Below are positions 53,201 through 64,000 of a stretch of DNA of 64,000 bases, piece by piece; positions within the stretch are counted from its first letter, which is position 1, and every line of letters starts with the position of its first letter. The position numbers and the translations under genes are program-made. Source of the stretch: Kudoa neothunni (Eukaryota > Animalia > Cnidaria); NCBI GenBank assembly GCA_964304625.1, contig OZ199838.1, positions 1,148,809 to 1,212,808 on the forward strand, in the 5' to 3' direction. A model generated the notes under the pieces. The model saw only the letters and a list, made by a program, of their open reading frames with translations, ran no database searches and was not told the origin of the DNA.

Positions 53201-53539
53201 AATAAAATATTAAAAAAAGAATTGAGCACCCTCTCTAAATATATAATGAATATACTTACAAATTAAAAATATATCCGATTGTTCCGAGCGCGCAAAAACT
53301 TCATCGGAAGATTACACACATACTGTAACTTAGCCAAAAAATATTTCTTGATTTTTAACTTCAGGCCATTTTAAATTAAGCAATGGCTATTACCACGGAT
53401 TCGTGTAATTAGGGGTTAAGATCAATTAGGTTTTTGATAAATCCGAAAATCCAAAATCGATTTTGAAAATTTATTTTTTAATTAATATAAATTAGCTTTT
53501 ATTATTAATGGATACAGTCTTAAATAAGTAAACGCGTTT

Positions 53540-53800
53540 TTAAAATAGTAAAAGGACAAAAGATATTTTGGAATGACGTGTTTTTTTACAGCGAACAAAT
53601 TTTGTATTTAGTATTATAGGAATTGTATCTGGTATTTGGAGGTGTTTTGTTAGGCTTTCTAATAAAAGAGCAAAATGCAATAAATGTGACTTCATTTTCA
53701 CCAATACAATTGAGGATTTCTCACGTATTGACGGAACCATTTCAGAAATTTTAAAAATGAAATTTATAAACGATGCTTAGAATTACACACCATTTGGTCC
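53540..53800 (-). pseudogene. Possible second MULE transposase fragment
   Basis: A FALL motif followed downstream by an FCPF stretch resembles the MULE catalytic region. Heavily decayed. Confidence 0.25.
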
Positions 53801-54836
53801 GATATATTTATGTTTCTAAGATTCGATTCAAACACTTGTATAAATAATATTTTCTAGAAAAGAATGTAAATTTGGAGCTAGAAGACGCAGTTAATTTCAT
53901 TGAACTGAATGATCAAATCCAAACTTATGAACCTTCCGATTCTGAGATAATTTAGACAATTTGATAAATTACATGTCCAGGCCTAACAGAACAAAATATT
54001 GTTTGCATTTAGTGAAATTACAACTTGTATTAATCAAGGTGTGATGTCGGATCATTTAGAAAGGGTTTCATAAAACCCCTTCTAATGTTAGACCTACGAG
54101 TATTGACTCAGACAGATGTTTCACCTTATACAACCGTGTTATCTCCCCGTAGAGAACAAAATTGAGCGACTCGAAACTTGAAACCATTGAGTATTGATTT
54201 TATTTATGAAAATAGAAATAATTAAATTGAAATTTGATACATGAAATCTTTTATTATGTGTTTGAAACCATTTTATCGTAAAAGATTAATAATCGTTTTT
54301 AAATGCAGTAAAAATAATTTTAAATAATAAAATTTCAAACAATCACATTTTTACATACTTTTTGCATGAAAAAAATACGACATTGACAATAAAGTATTTA
54401 AGGTTGGTGCAGAGCCACGAAATTTTTAAATGAACGACGGGGTTGATACTTTCCTTCACAGAAATGATCATAATTTAAATTACGCTAATCCAAACTGTTA
54501 AAGTATTGTGCTTGAAACTTTTTAGTTATTTTGCTTCTATGGGTTAATTCAAAAATTCAATTTATTTTTTTAATGTTATTACAAAACGTCTCTATGCGAA
54601 ATCCTCCCCAAGCAAGACTGGGCAGTTCCCGCTAGTGTCATTATAACGACGTGATTATCTAGAGGTTGATCGTCATAAAAGTAGTCGATTTCTGTTTGAA
54701 TCGCTTTAAACCTTAGAAATTTTCTAACTTCGATTTACTTGTTCTTTACGCAAAGAATCAGTAATCTTTAATTAAGCTTTTATATTTTACTCTATGTATT
54801 TTAAATGATTTATTCGTAGTGATAGATAACTTAGAG

Positions 54837-56830
54837 CAGTGGTTCTTAACCTTTTGGAAGTCACCGAATTCCTACTACCCTCTAACACGCCACGTCGAAC
54901 CTCCCCACCCAAACATTAAATTTTTTATTTTTTAAATTTGAAATAAAATGAATTATAATTTAATAAATGTTTGGCACATCATCAAAATTGCAAAATGCAA
55001 AAATCAAATTAATATAAAACTAATTAGTGCTATTTTTGTTCTTGTTTTTTTGCAACCAATTCTGTAATACGAGACAAAATGTTGGAGAGAGCAATTCGCA
55101 TATCGCTCCCACAGAAAAACCTATTTCGTAACATATTTATGGTGACCGGTCTTAAAAATGATTGTTCGCAAAGGTAAGTTGTTATGGGAGGAATAAAAAA
55201 TTTCCAAAGCCTTCATCAAAATTGTAGGATATTTCTCAATTTGATTTATCCAAAAGATTGATGGTGAAACTTTTTCGAAAATTTGTTTTTGAATTTTGTT
55301 GTGTTGAAGTTTGATAAGTTCATCAAGGTATTCATTATTGGCATCCTCAGCTGAAGTATCGAAGCTAAACGGCTACCTCATCCAATCGGAGAATGAATTT
55401 TTAGAAGGGGAATAGCCGTCAGTGAGTTAGAAAGTTCTTCTAAATGTGCAATAATTATTTCCTTCAATTCAAAAGGTAGAATGATCAAATCGTTGTTATC
55501 GCCGTCATTAATATTACAAATATTGTCTAAAAGTGGAAAGTTTTCATAATTGTCAACTATTATTCTACGTTTGTATAAAAATAATTTTATTTGGAATGCA
55601 CTAAGATGCTCCTCTGCCTCAATGATCTTGACTCTACTTCCTTGCATCTGCTAATTCAAACAATTTATGGAATCAAAAATATCAATCATGTATGCCGAAA
55701 GAAGAGTAAATTCTAAATTATAGAAAAAATATTGAAATATTGAGCATGGTAATGGTTACACTCCATCAAAAATATACCTATTTCCATGAAAGTCCATTAC
55801 CTTTGAAAAACTCATCGACAACTTCCTTAGCATCCAATGCCTTGGCAGTTGTTGTTGTTGTTAAAAGTTTGCTAAAGAGAAAATCTTCAACTATCAAACC
55901 ATTTTTCAAATATCTAAAAAACGAAACCAGTTGATTTAGGTTTGAAATATCAGTAGTTTCATCGAATTGTAAACTAGACTTTGTTATACTTGAAATTAGA
56001 TCAGAAATTAATTGATACAGAATGTCTTTACTCATATCATCAATTCTTTTCTTAACGGTATAATTCGACAAAGGAATTTGTGCTAATTTTTTTCTGCAAT
56101 ACTTCCCAATAAAATATTTTCCATCTTCAACGCGGCAGGTTCAACGAGCGTTTCACCAATATTGTGAGATTTACCTTGTATTCCAATGAGATATGAAACT
56201 TCATATGTTGCTGTTAAGATAGGCTTATCAATTTTAACAAATCAAAAATTTTGCAAAGTAGTTCTTTCATCATACCTTGCTCTCTTTGTTTCAAGTTCGG
56301 AAAGAGTCATATTCCTATATACAGAATCTCCATGGACATTTGTGAAACTCCCCTTTAGTTTTGTTAGTACCAAACTAGAATTACTTAATTTCGAGTTGCA
56401 TATCACGCAAAGAGGTCGTTGAATACCATTAATTTCCGTAACATAGGTAAACCTGAACTGCACAAAATCATTTAAACATTTTCTTTTTTTGTGAAAAATT
56501 TCACGAGCCAATATTTATTTCCAGTAACCCTCATAAAATTAGCAAGCAAATAACACTGCTGTGCAGTAGACTCTGTAACCCGTTACACGTGATTGTACTG
56601 ATCAGATAAATCGAAAAGAATTTCAAACGCTCAAATAATAATTGTAACTAAATTATCAATAATTTTTTAATCGATCACTATTATCTTTTTAATATAATTT
56701 CTAATTCGAATTATAAATACAACCTATAGAAGGTTTTTTTTAATATTAAAATTATAAAGAATATTAATCCTAGATTTGATCTAATATTGGGAATTTTTTC
56801 ATCGAACGCAGCCCAGGTTAAGAACCACTG
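54837..56830 (-). mobile_element. Buster-type hAT transposon (ZBED8/SCAND3-like), internally deleted
   Basis: Perfect 16-bp TIRs CAGTGGTTCTTAACCT with 8-bp TSD ACTTAGAG / ACCCAGAG (nnnTAnnn-type). Transposase fragments: RPLCVICNSKLSNSSL, HNIGETLVEPA, LSNYTVKKRIDDMS, SLQFDETTDISNLNQL, AYMIDIF, TYLCEQSF, RNRF..GSDMRIALS. Confidence 0.92.
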
Positions 56831-57185
56831 ACCCAGAGTTTCAATTCATGAAGCATTGGAAAAGAGTGTAACTAAGTAACATTACAACAAAACATGCCAC
56901 AACTTTTAGTTGTATTGATATCTCCAAAAAATTTGATGCTCCAAAAATCAAGCAAATGATATTATATTGGTTGTTAAGGAGAAACGCAAAAATAGATTAC
57001 CAACAAGCATATTTTTAAATGCAAAAATCACACACTTTAACATTATCAATCTACTAAATAATTTGTTTGAAATTTGTCAGTGTTCAAATAGTGTTATGTG
57101 ATAATTTATATATAAAATTTAAGATGTAAGAACTTGATTTATTAAATTTTAATGATTTTAATATAAAAATGTAAAATGATATTAC

Positions 57186-58654
57186 TCATTCACTATTTGG
57201 ATTATCCACTACAGTAACTTGGTCCCCATTATTATAATGGTTATTACAGATCGCCATGCATTCATTACTTGTTTTAAAATTGTTAGAGTTCCCATCATAT
57301 CCCTTGTAATAAAAAGCTTTGCATCTCTTTTTAAGGTTTTCATAATAGTATCTTATGACTTTAAATTTGTTTTGTTCGTTTTCCCAATAACCCTTTTTAT
57401 TTTGAACACATGCCTCTTCGATCACAATCTTCTTTTTATAATTCTCTAAATTTATTCAGAATTAAAAATAATTTTTAACACAATATAACTATTAGACATA
57501 TTTATAATGTAATTTTCTAACATGAATTCATACAATTACCTGCTCCGCAATAGCTATGACACATTTCCATAGTTGGAAAATTGTTTTTCGCTGGATCAAA
57601 GTCAGCTCCCGTTTGGTTCGGACCAGTTTCCATTCGTTTACAAACTTTTTCCGTTTTGTCATAGTAGTATCGGAACACAACATCCCCATTTGCCGGGGAA
57701 TCTGGGTTGTTTATACCAACTTGAGATGGGCCAATATCGCATGCAGCTACTCTCTTGTTATACTGGGTTACACCACTACCTGTCGCATCATTTGCGTGTG
57801 CTAAAATATATAAGGAATGGATATAAATTATAAACGTACGAAAACATTTTTTAACACACTGCCCAAACGAACCGAAGATCCCCCTTGTGTTTGAGTCTAA
57901 TGAGACTGCTGCATAAGCACACTTGTTTTTCTCTCGATCAGCAATAATTGCTGTGCTAGGATCTTTGTCTTTAACATCAGGTCTAAGTTTGCAGTCCAAT
58001 GTATTTGGTACTTCGTAAATTGAAGTTGCATCAACATTTTTTATTTTGCCATCATCAGCATTTGTAAGCCCACCATTCCTTTTATCTAAAAAAATTATTT
58101 AATTCTATATAAATGTTCATATTTTTTACTTAAGCAATATAATTTGCATTCTTCTAGATCGTTGTAACGATTAAAACTCCCCCCACATCCATTATATTGA
58201 AACTCTACGCAGTCGGCTTTCGTTTGATCAAAGTAGTACTGTTGTGTTGTTTCTGTGTTTTTTACGCAGTGTCCTGGATGATAGGGTTTTTTGCATCCTT
58301 GAATTTTTTCTTTTGTTGTCAACGTTCCTACAAGAGTTGGTCATAAATTTACATTAATTTCGAAAAACACCGTGGAAGTTCACATAATCCTTTAGAGGCG
58401 AAATTGTTGTAGTTTCCTTTTATTCCTCGGTATTCGAGAGGTTTGCATTTACCATCTTGGATGTCAATGAACCACCGATCGATGACAGTGTCCATGCTTT
58501 TTTGTACACCGACAGGCCAATCTCCCTCATCTCTTTCATAAGAGGGTAATATAGGATCTAACATATTATCAAAATGGGATGAATATGTTTATTTACCTGT
58601 CAAAAAACTGGGAAAATATAGCACAAAAAGTATATTGAATAAAAACAGTTTCAT
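57186..58654 (-). CDS. Secreted multi-Kunitz (BPTI-like) protease-inhibitor-like protein, 5 domains, 6 exons
   Basis: Signal peptide MKLFLFNILFVLYFPSFLT. Kunitz signatures: RWFIDIQDGKCKPLEYRGIKGNYNNF; CKKPYHPGHC..YYFDQTKADCVEFQYNGCGGSFNRYNDLEECKLYC; RYYYDKTEKVC..NNFPTMEMCHSYC; RYYYENLKKRCKAFYYKGYDGNSNNFKTSNECMAIC. Phase-1 introns; one frame lesion at about 58371-58375. Confidence 0.85.
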
Positions 58655-59108
58655 TTTATGACGGACAATCAGAATAACAGAATTGAGACGAAGATGGATT
58701 ATCAAAAGCACAAAAAATTAACTCAATAATTCATTGGATAAATACGATTATATCAAGTTAAATTATCATTATTGAGCAAACAAAAAGAAATTAATATGAA
58801 TAATTTACTAAATAGTTAGCCAAACATGCAATATTTTATATTAACAATAAGACAGAGGCGATAAAATTGAATGATTGTCCTTATAGTGATTTCACTTTAA
58901 TCTTTTCGTAAATGTATAGCCAATGAATGATAATAAAATGTTCCGCATATTTTAACATTGCAAAACATCACTCGACAAAAAAAACGTCTTCAAGTGCTTC
59001 GATCACGTTACTTCTGCTATGCTAAGCCTGTCGAATATACAATAAATTCTCATACTTCATACGGCATGGCGAGTTTTCGCCAGCGACGCGCAAACTTGCA
59101 TTGTTTTT

Positions 59109-59260
59109 CAATGTTGCCAACCGTGTCCGACTTCGGACAAATTAGCAAAAAATGTCCAATTTTTTCCAATGTGTCCTATTTGTTCGATTTTTACTCTTGT
59201 TCTTAGAAAGACTGTATAATCGCAAAACAAAGTTTCAAAGATTCGGAGTTTTTGCAATGG
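59109..59260 (+). mobile_element. Terminal fragment of the same hAT family as 39130-40217
   Basis: CAATGTTGCCAAC terminus. 59170-59257 is the reverse complement of 40125-40215 (ttgcaaaaactccg.atctttgaaactttgttt.gcgatta..cagtctttc.aagaaca.gagtaaaaatcg). Confidence 0.75.
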
Positions 59261-61673
59261 AAATGACTATTGGTCCGGCAGATTAACGTCGCATGTTATT
59301 TAAATTTACTTTAAATTGATGTAAAATTACATTTAATATTTTAAACAGCATCTTAACGACAAGTATATCTATTAATTAAGTTTAATTAAAGAGAATACTC
59401 AGAAACCTATTTAGACACGGATAGAATCGAGATTTTCGTTATTAGACATGTGAAAAATGACACTCTTACATAAACTAACATATTTATGAATTATTGGATT
59501 AATAAGGCTTAAGTTTTCTAAAGAAATATTTATATCATATTTAAATATTCCAATGACTTAACTATACGTTTTATTTACCCTTAAAATACATAAAAAAATA
59601 ATAATGCTGAGCTATATTTGATTCTATTTATAATAATTAATAATTATTTACATCAGTTTGATAATTTATTGATATTCAATTTCGAGAGATTGATTCATAC
59701 TAATAAGTTAGTTTACATAATGCATAACAAACAAAAGTTCATTTAGTTAAGCGGTAAGACAATTGGACAAAATTTATCTCCAAATATTATTCAAATTATG
59801 GTTGCTTTTGAATAAATTAAACTTTTGACGCTATTTCGAATGAGTAAGTGAATATCTCCGTCCGAGTTCGAAAAAATATTAATTATATTGATATATTCTT
59901 AAACATGAAACTTATTTAATGTTGATTATATATGACATCACAATCAGCGCAATCATGATTTTGAATATATAACATCATTATAGAAACTGATTAAGATAAT
60001 AGAATTTAATTTTTAAAACGAAGCTCTAAACAAATCAACCTTACAATAGCCAATGTTGCTTACAAAAGAAATAGTGCTTATTTGATTATTCGCGTAATTA
60101 AAATATAACTAACTGTTGTATTATTTGAAGTTTAATTATGTTCATCAGATATCCCAGATGATTTTTCACCATTATTGTATTTTTCTCTATAATTAGAACA
60201 AATAGTTATACAGGGATTCCGTTTTACTCTTGTTGTCTTTCGTTTATAGGACAACTAGCGCAAAAGCCCCGCATCGCTTGGACATTCTTGCCCGGTCAAG
60301 TAAGCTAAAGCCTTGAGTAGGCCAAGGTTATTTGAAGCTCAAAATAAATTAAAAGTATTTAGATAAACAGTACAAAGATTACCCAATTAACGGATGATTT
60401 ATTTAATTAATTGGACGCATGAACCTTATTTAAAATTGTTAAAAACGAATAAACTCTACTTTTCGTTTAAAATTTCCTCCTTAGAACTCCTAAAAATCGA
60501 TTTTTTCCTTGTTGTTTGCAGTAATCTCTGTATCATAACATGTGAAACGGACTGATCATGTTAAACATCAACAAATGAATTTCATATTAATACTTGACTA
60601 CATAACCTAATAATAGCTTCCTTACTTGAACTAATTCAATTACAAAATTACTTTTCAATAATTTAAAATAAAATAAACATTATGGTGCGTTTAAAATTAA
60701 CTTTTAAAACTTTAACGAAATGATCTACATGTTTTCATAAATCCTCAAACCATATCTATCAATCATATCACGTGAATATGTTTTTGTCATTTTGCAGAAT
60801 GCAAACTTTTTATAATTTTTTGCTTAGTTTTCTGTATAAAAATAAAATTTTATCTTTCCATATGTGTGCTCAAATAGAGCGATATGTCTCCCTATATAGA
60901 ATGAAAAATGCGTATATACACATGGATTTCCGGTTTGCTTTATATAGTGGATGTTTATCTTGTTTTAAATTATGATTAAGAAATTGTTCATTTAAATATC
61001 GATAACAATCAATAAAATAAATAATATAAATACATAAAAAAAATATATATTCTCAATTGTTACATAATTATATAATTTAATAGAGATAATAATTGCAAAG
61101 AAATTGATTCCCGTGATAATAGCCGGTGCCTTAAAATTAAAATTTAATATTTTATAAATTAAAAAAACTATATAATTTTCGTTTTATATGTTAAGAAAAA
61201 AAAATATTAAATTGAAAATGTGAATTATTTTTTAGGAAGATTCATCAAATGGCTATTGTTTACCAGACTCAATTGAGACTTCATTGCGTACGAGCTGTAT
61301 ATAATACACTTTCAGGAGAGATTCCGATTACGTAGAATCCTTACGTTACGTATTAAGCATACTTGGTTGTACAATTTTTTCACGGACATCTAGTAACTGT
61401 CACCCTCAGTGGGGAAACCCTGATGTAGACAAACATTACCATTATATGTAGGTAAAAGATAGATAAGAGATTAAAATAGACTGGTGCTGAGTAACACGCG
61501 GCCGAATAACACCATTGAGTGAAACAAAATAAAGAGACGTGGAAAAAAACTATATTTATTAATCATGAAAATATATAATAACATCATTTATAATATTGTT
61601 TAGATGGAACCTCTATTTTGACCGGTAGGACACAATCGATCGTATATTATAGTGTTTATAATGGATAAGAATC

Positions 61674-63556
61674 TTAGTAGGCGAATCTAGTTCGGATTTC
61701 TTCTAACTTTTTGGATATCTAATCATAACATGTTGATGAATTCGGTAATTTAAAAAAAGTAGATTACCTCAGCCGGAGTTCTATCTAATTCATCAGCAAT
61801 GGTACATCTTTTTTCACTGTCTAGATTGTTGAAAAACTCGCAGAGATCTCCATCAATAACATTCTTGACAGGCCAATAAGAAGAGCGATAGGAGAGATGC
61901 TCACGTCCGCAGAGCGGCTGAGCTTCTTGTCTCATGTACATTTCGAGAAGTTGGAAAAATTCGACATCCTCTTTCGACCATAACGGCACAAACAAACCGA
62001 TAGATCCAGAAAGAGTGGTGTAAACGACCGACTCACCACCACCAGGTATGAGACTAGTTTTCTGTAGAGAATGGATAATTTCTCCCACATAGAAATTGCA
62101 TATATTTTCGAGTTTTTGTGGTGCACCATTCAGATGGCCTTTATCCCACACTGATTTTACTCCGGTAGGATCCTCTTCAAGGTCGTCTTTAACGTCCGAT
62201 GCCAATCGACTCTAAAAAAGACAATCAGATTATTTCAAAGATTCCACCACTTACAACAGAGATATTTCCAAATTTATCAGCCCCCATTATTGTATTCCAA
62301 TCAAGAACACAACTTTTGGTTAGCCATCTACAAAGAAAACATCAATACTAACTAACTAAAAACTTCATTCAAATCTACCTAGGATAGGTGTCATCGGCAA
62401 AGATAACAAATTTATTTTCTTGTGGTTTATATTTTAGATAATGGAATGATTCTTGAACATCCTGAACAATAATACGATTTCCCAAAACAGTTATATTGGT
62501 GATAAAACCAGGGATTTTCTAATAGTACAATTGATTTTAATTTGATAGTTATTTGAGATTCGGTATATTACTCGATGTTCGCATTTTTTAAGTAATTTCT
62601 GACGACCCATATCATACACTCGTAAATAGTTACCTATGCCGATGATAAGACGTCCCTGATAACAAGCTATAGCTCCTGGCACATTCTCAATGGGGGTCTA
62701 TTATACAACCGATGTGATTTAATAATTTTATCAATCATACCTTATGACAATGGTGTAACACGAGTGTACGTGATGATTTGTCAATTGTGACTTTAAATGT
62801 GTGCAAATAACCCATATTGCATTGCCTCGGAGTTAGTATGAGTTTCTTAGCGGTACCAACGACAATAAATGTTTCATTGCTGTAGGTTGGAAATTTGGCC
62901 AGTGTAACGCTATTGTAGAGTGATAGTCAAAATGTGATCGATATAGAGACTATATAGCAGCCTCACAGCCGGTGATAAAATACCTCATGGCGGCTTCGTC
63001 TTGATCAAATTCGTGTATGAAATTGGTTTCGAAAGTGAGTGGGTCTAAAACTCGAACCAAAGACGCCCATGAACCAACTCCAGCTTTGGTAGATACAGCA
63101 CTGTGAGAATTCAGGAATTGATCGATAGTTTCTTCGGTTATCTCAGAGTCAGGTTGAGACTGCATAAATTCGCGCATTTCCTACATCAATATTTCAACCA
63201 CTGCACAATCCCAATAGCGACCGTACTTGAGCCATTGATTGTTTAATTTCGCCAAGTTCTCTCGACGTGAAATTGTTGTGGTCGGTTTCGATTATTATAA
63301 ATTTAGCAGAGTTGGGCTCGTACACCATTTTTCTCGGTGTGTATTTTAATGGGCATCCACGATATTCAAAAACGCTACCAAGTTTATCGACGGAGACAAT
63401 ATGAAGATTGCAACCCTTGACCGCAACAATTCCCTCTGGGCATTGATCAGAGGAGAAGCTGGTGGCAAATTCAAGTGTTTCAAACGAAAGAGGGGTTAAA
63501 TGGAATCGATTTTGATATTGATAACTCAGCCAGTTGCGGCTCGAAATAGCCAAAAC
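61674..63556 (-). CDS. SF3B3: Splicing factor 3B subunit 3 (SAP130), 3' part; 5' exons not in window
   Basis: LSYQYQNRFHLTPLSFETLEFATSFSSDQCPEGIVA, LKYTPRK, AGVGSWAS, GIGNYLRVYDMGRQKLLKKCE, FADDTYPRW, GADKFGNI, PLCGREHLSYRSSYWPVKNVIDGDLCE, DRTPAE|ISKKLEEIRTRFAY*. Eight exons in frame. Confidence 0.97.
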
Positions 63557-64000
63557 CTTATAAAGAAATACATAATATCCATAATATACATAATAATTTG
63601 TTTTAGATCCTCAATCAAAGGGTACGTATTCAGGATGAAACGTTTGCAGATTCTAGATTAGCTAACTGCAAATGTTCAATAGGATATGCAATTTCCTGTG
63701 CATAAAGATATAGATAAAGAGGAATGCGAAAAAGTATTATCAACAAATTATTTATCTGGTTATTCTACGAAAAATTATTAAAGTCAATATTTAGGTTTAA
63801 AATAATTCAAAAAATTCTGCGTATAATAATATAACAATATTCAAGCAAATAACACTTATTCTGAAGTCTTAATTATCATGGGTAACGATTTTGAATAAAA
63901 TTCTTCTACCTAAGGATTATTTGATATTATAACGGATACATAGAAATTTAAGAGATTCTGAAGATTTTCTCAAATTACTACTTGAAACTTGAATATTTGG

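Noticed and set aside
58326-58370. TGA formed across the Kunitz splice junction as a selenocysteine codon
   Set aside because: It needs a poor GTTTTT donor, domain 1 lacks the partner Cys, and no SECIS is evident in the AT-rich 3' region. A 1-nt homopolymer error is simpler.

Overview
This is very AT-rich eukaryotic (animal) genomic DNA, not prokaryotic. Genes are split by many tiny GT-AG introns (mostly about 41-55 nt) and separated by decayed DNA transposons. The compact introns, divergent proteins, actin N-terminus and secreted multi-Kunitz gene suggest a parasitic animal such as a myxozoan cnidarian (inference only). Seven genes were reconstructed by manual splicing: ADCK5-like ABC1/UbiB kinase (+), two convergent ACSL3/4-type long-chain acyl-CoA synthetase paralogues (+ and -), an intronless actin (+), an orphan type I membrane protein with an acidic repeat stalk (+), a secreted five-domain Kunitz protein (-), and the 3' part of SF3B3 (-). 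Mobile DNA includes several piggyBac relics and MITEs, hAT elements with TIRs and 8-bp TSDs, a long-TIR MULE with a nested hAT, a Merlin/ISXO2-type relic and tRNA-headed SINEs. The best leads are the penta-Kunitz protein with graded disulfide loss and the orphan surface protein. Also notable are four +1 homopolymer frameshifts confined to the ACSL pair and the Kunitz gene (probably assembly error), an unusual TAG>AAG>>CAG splice-acceptor usage, and a MULE flanked by an apparent 3-bp AAT duplication. I found no convincing wholly new multi-gene system.
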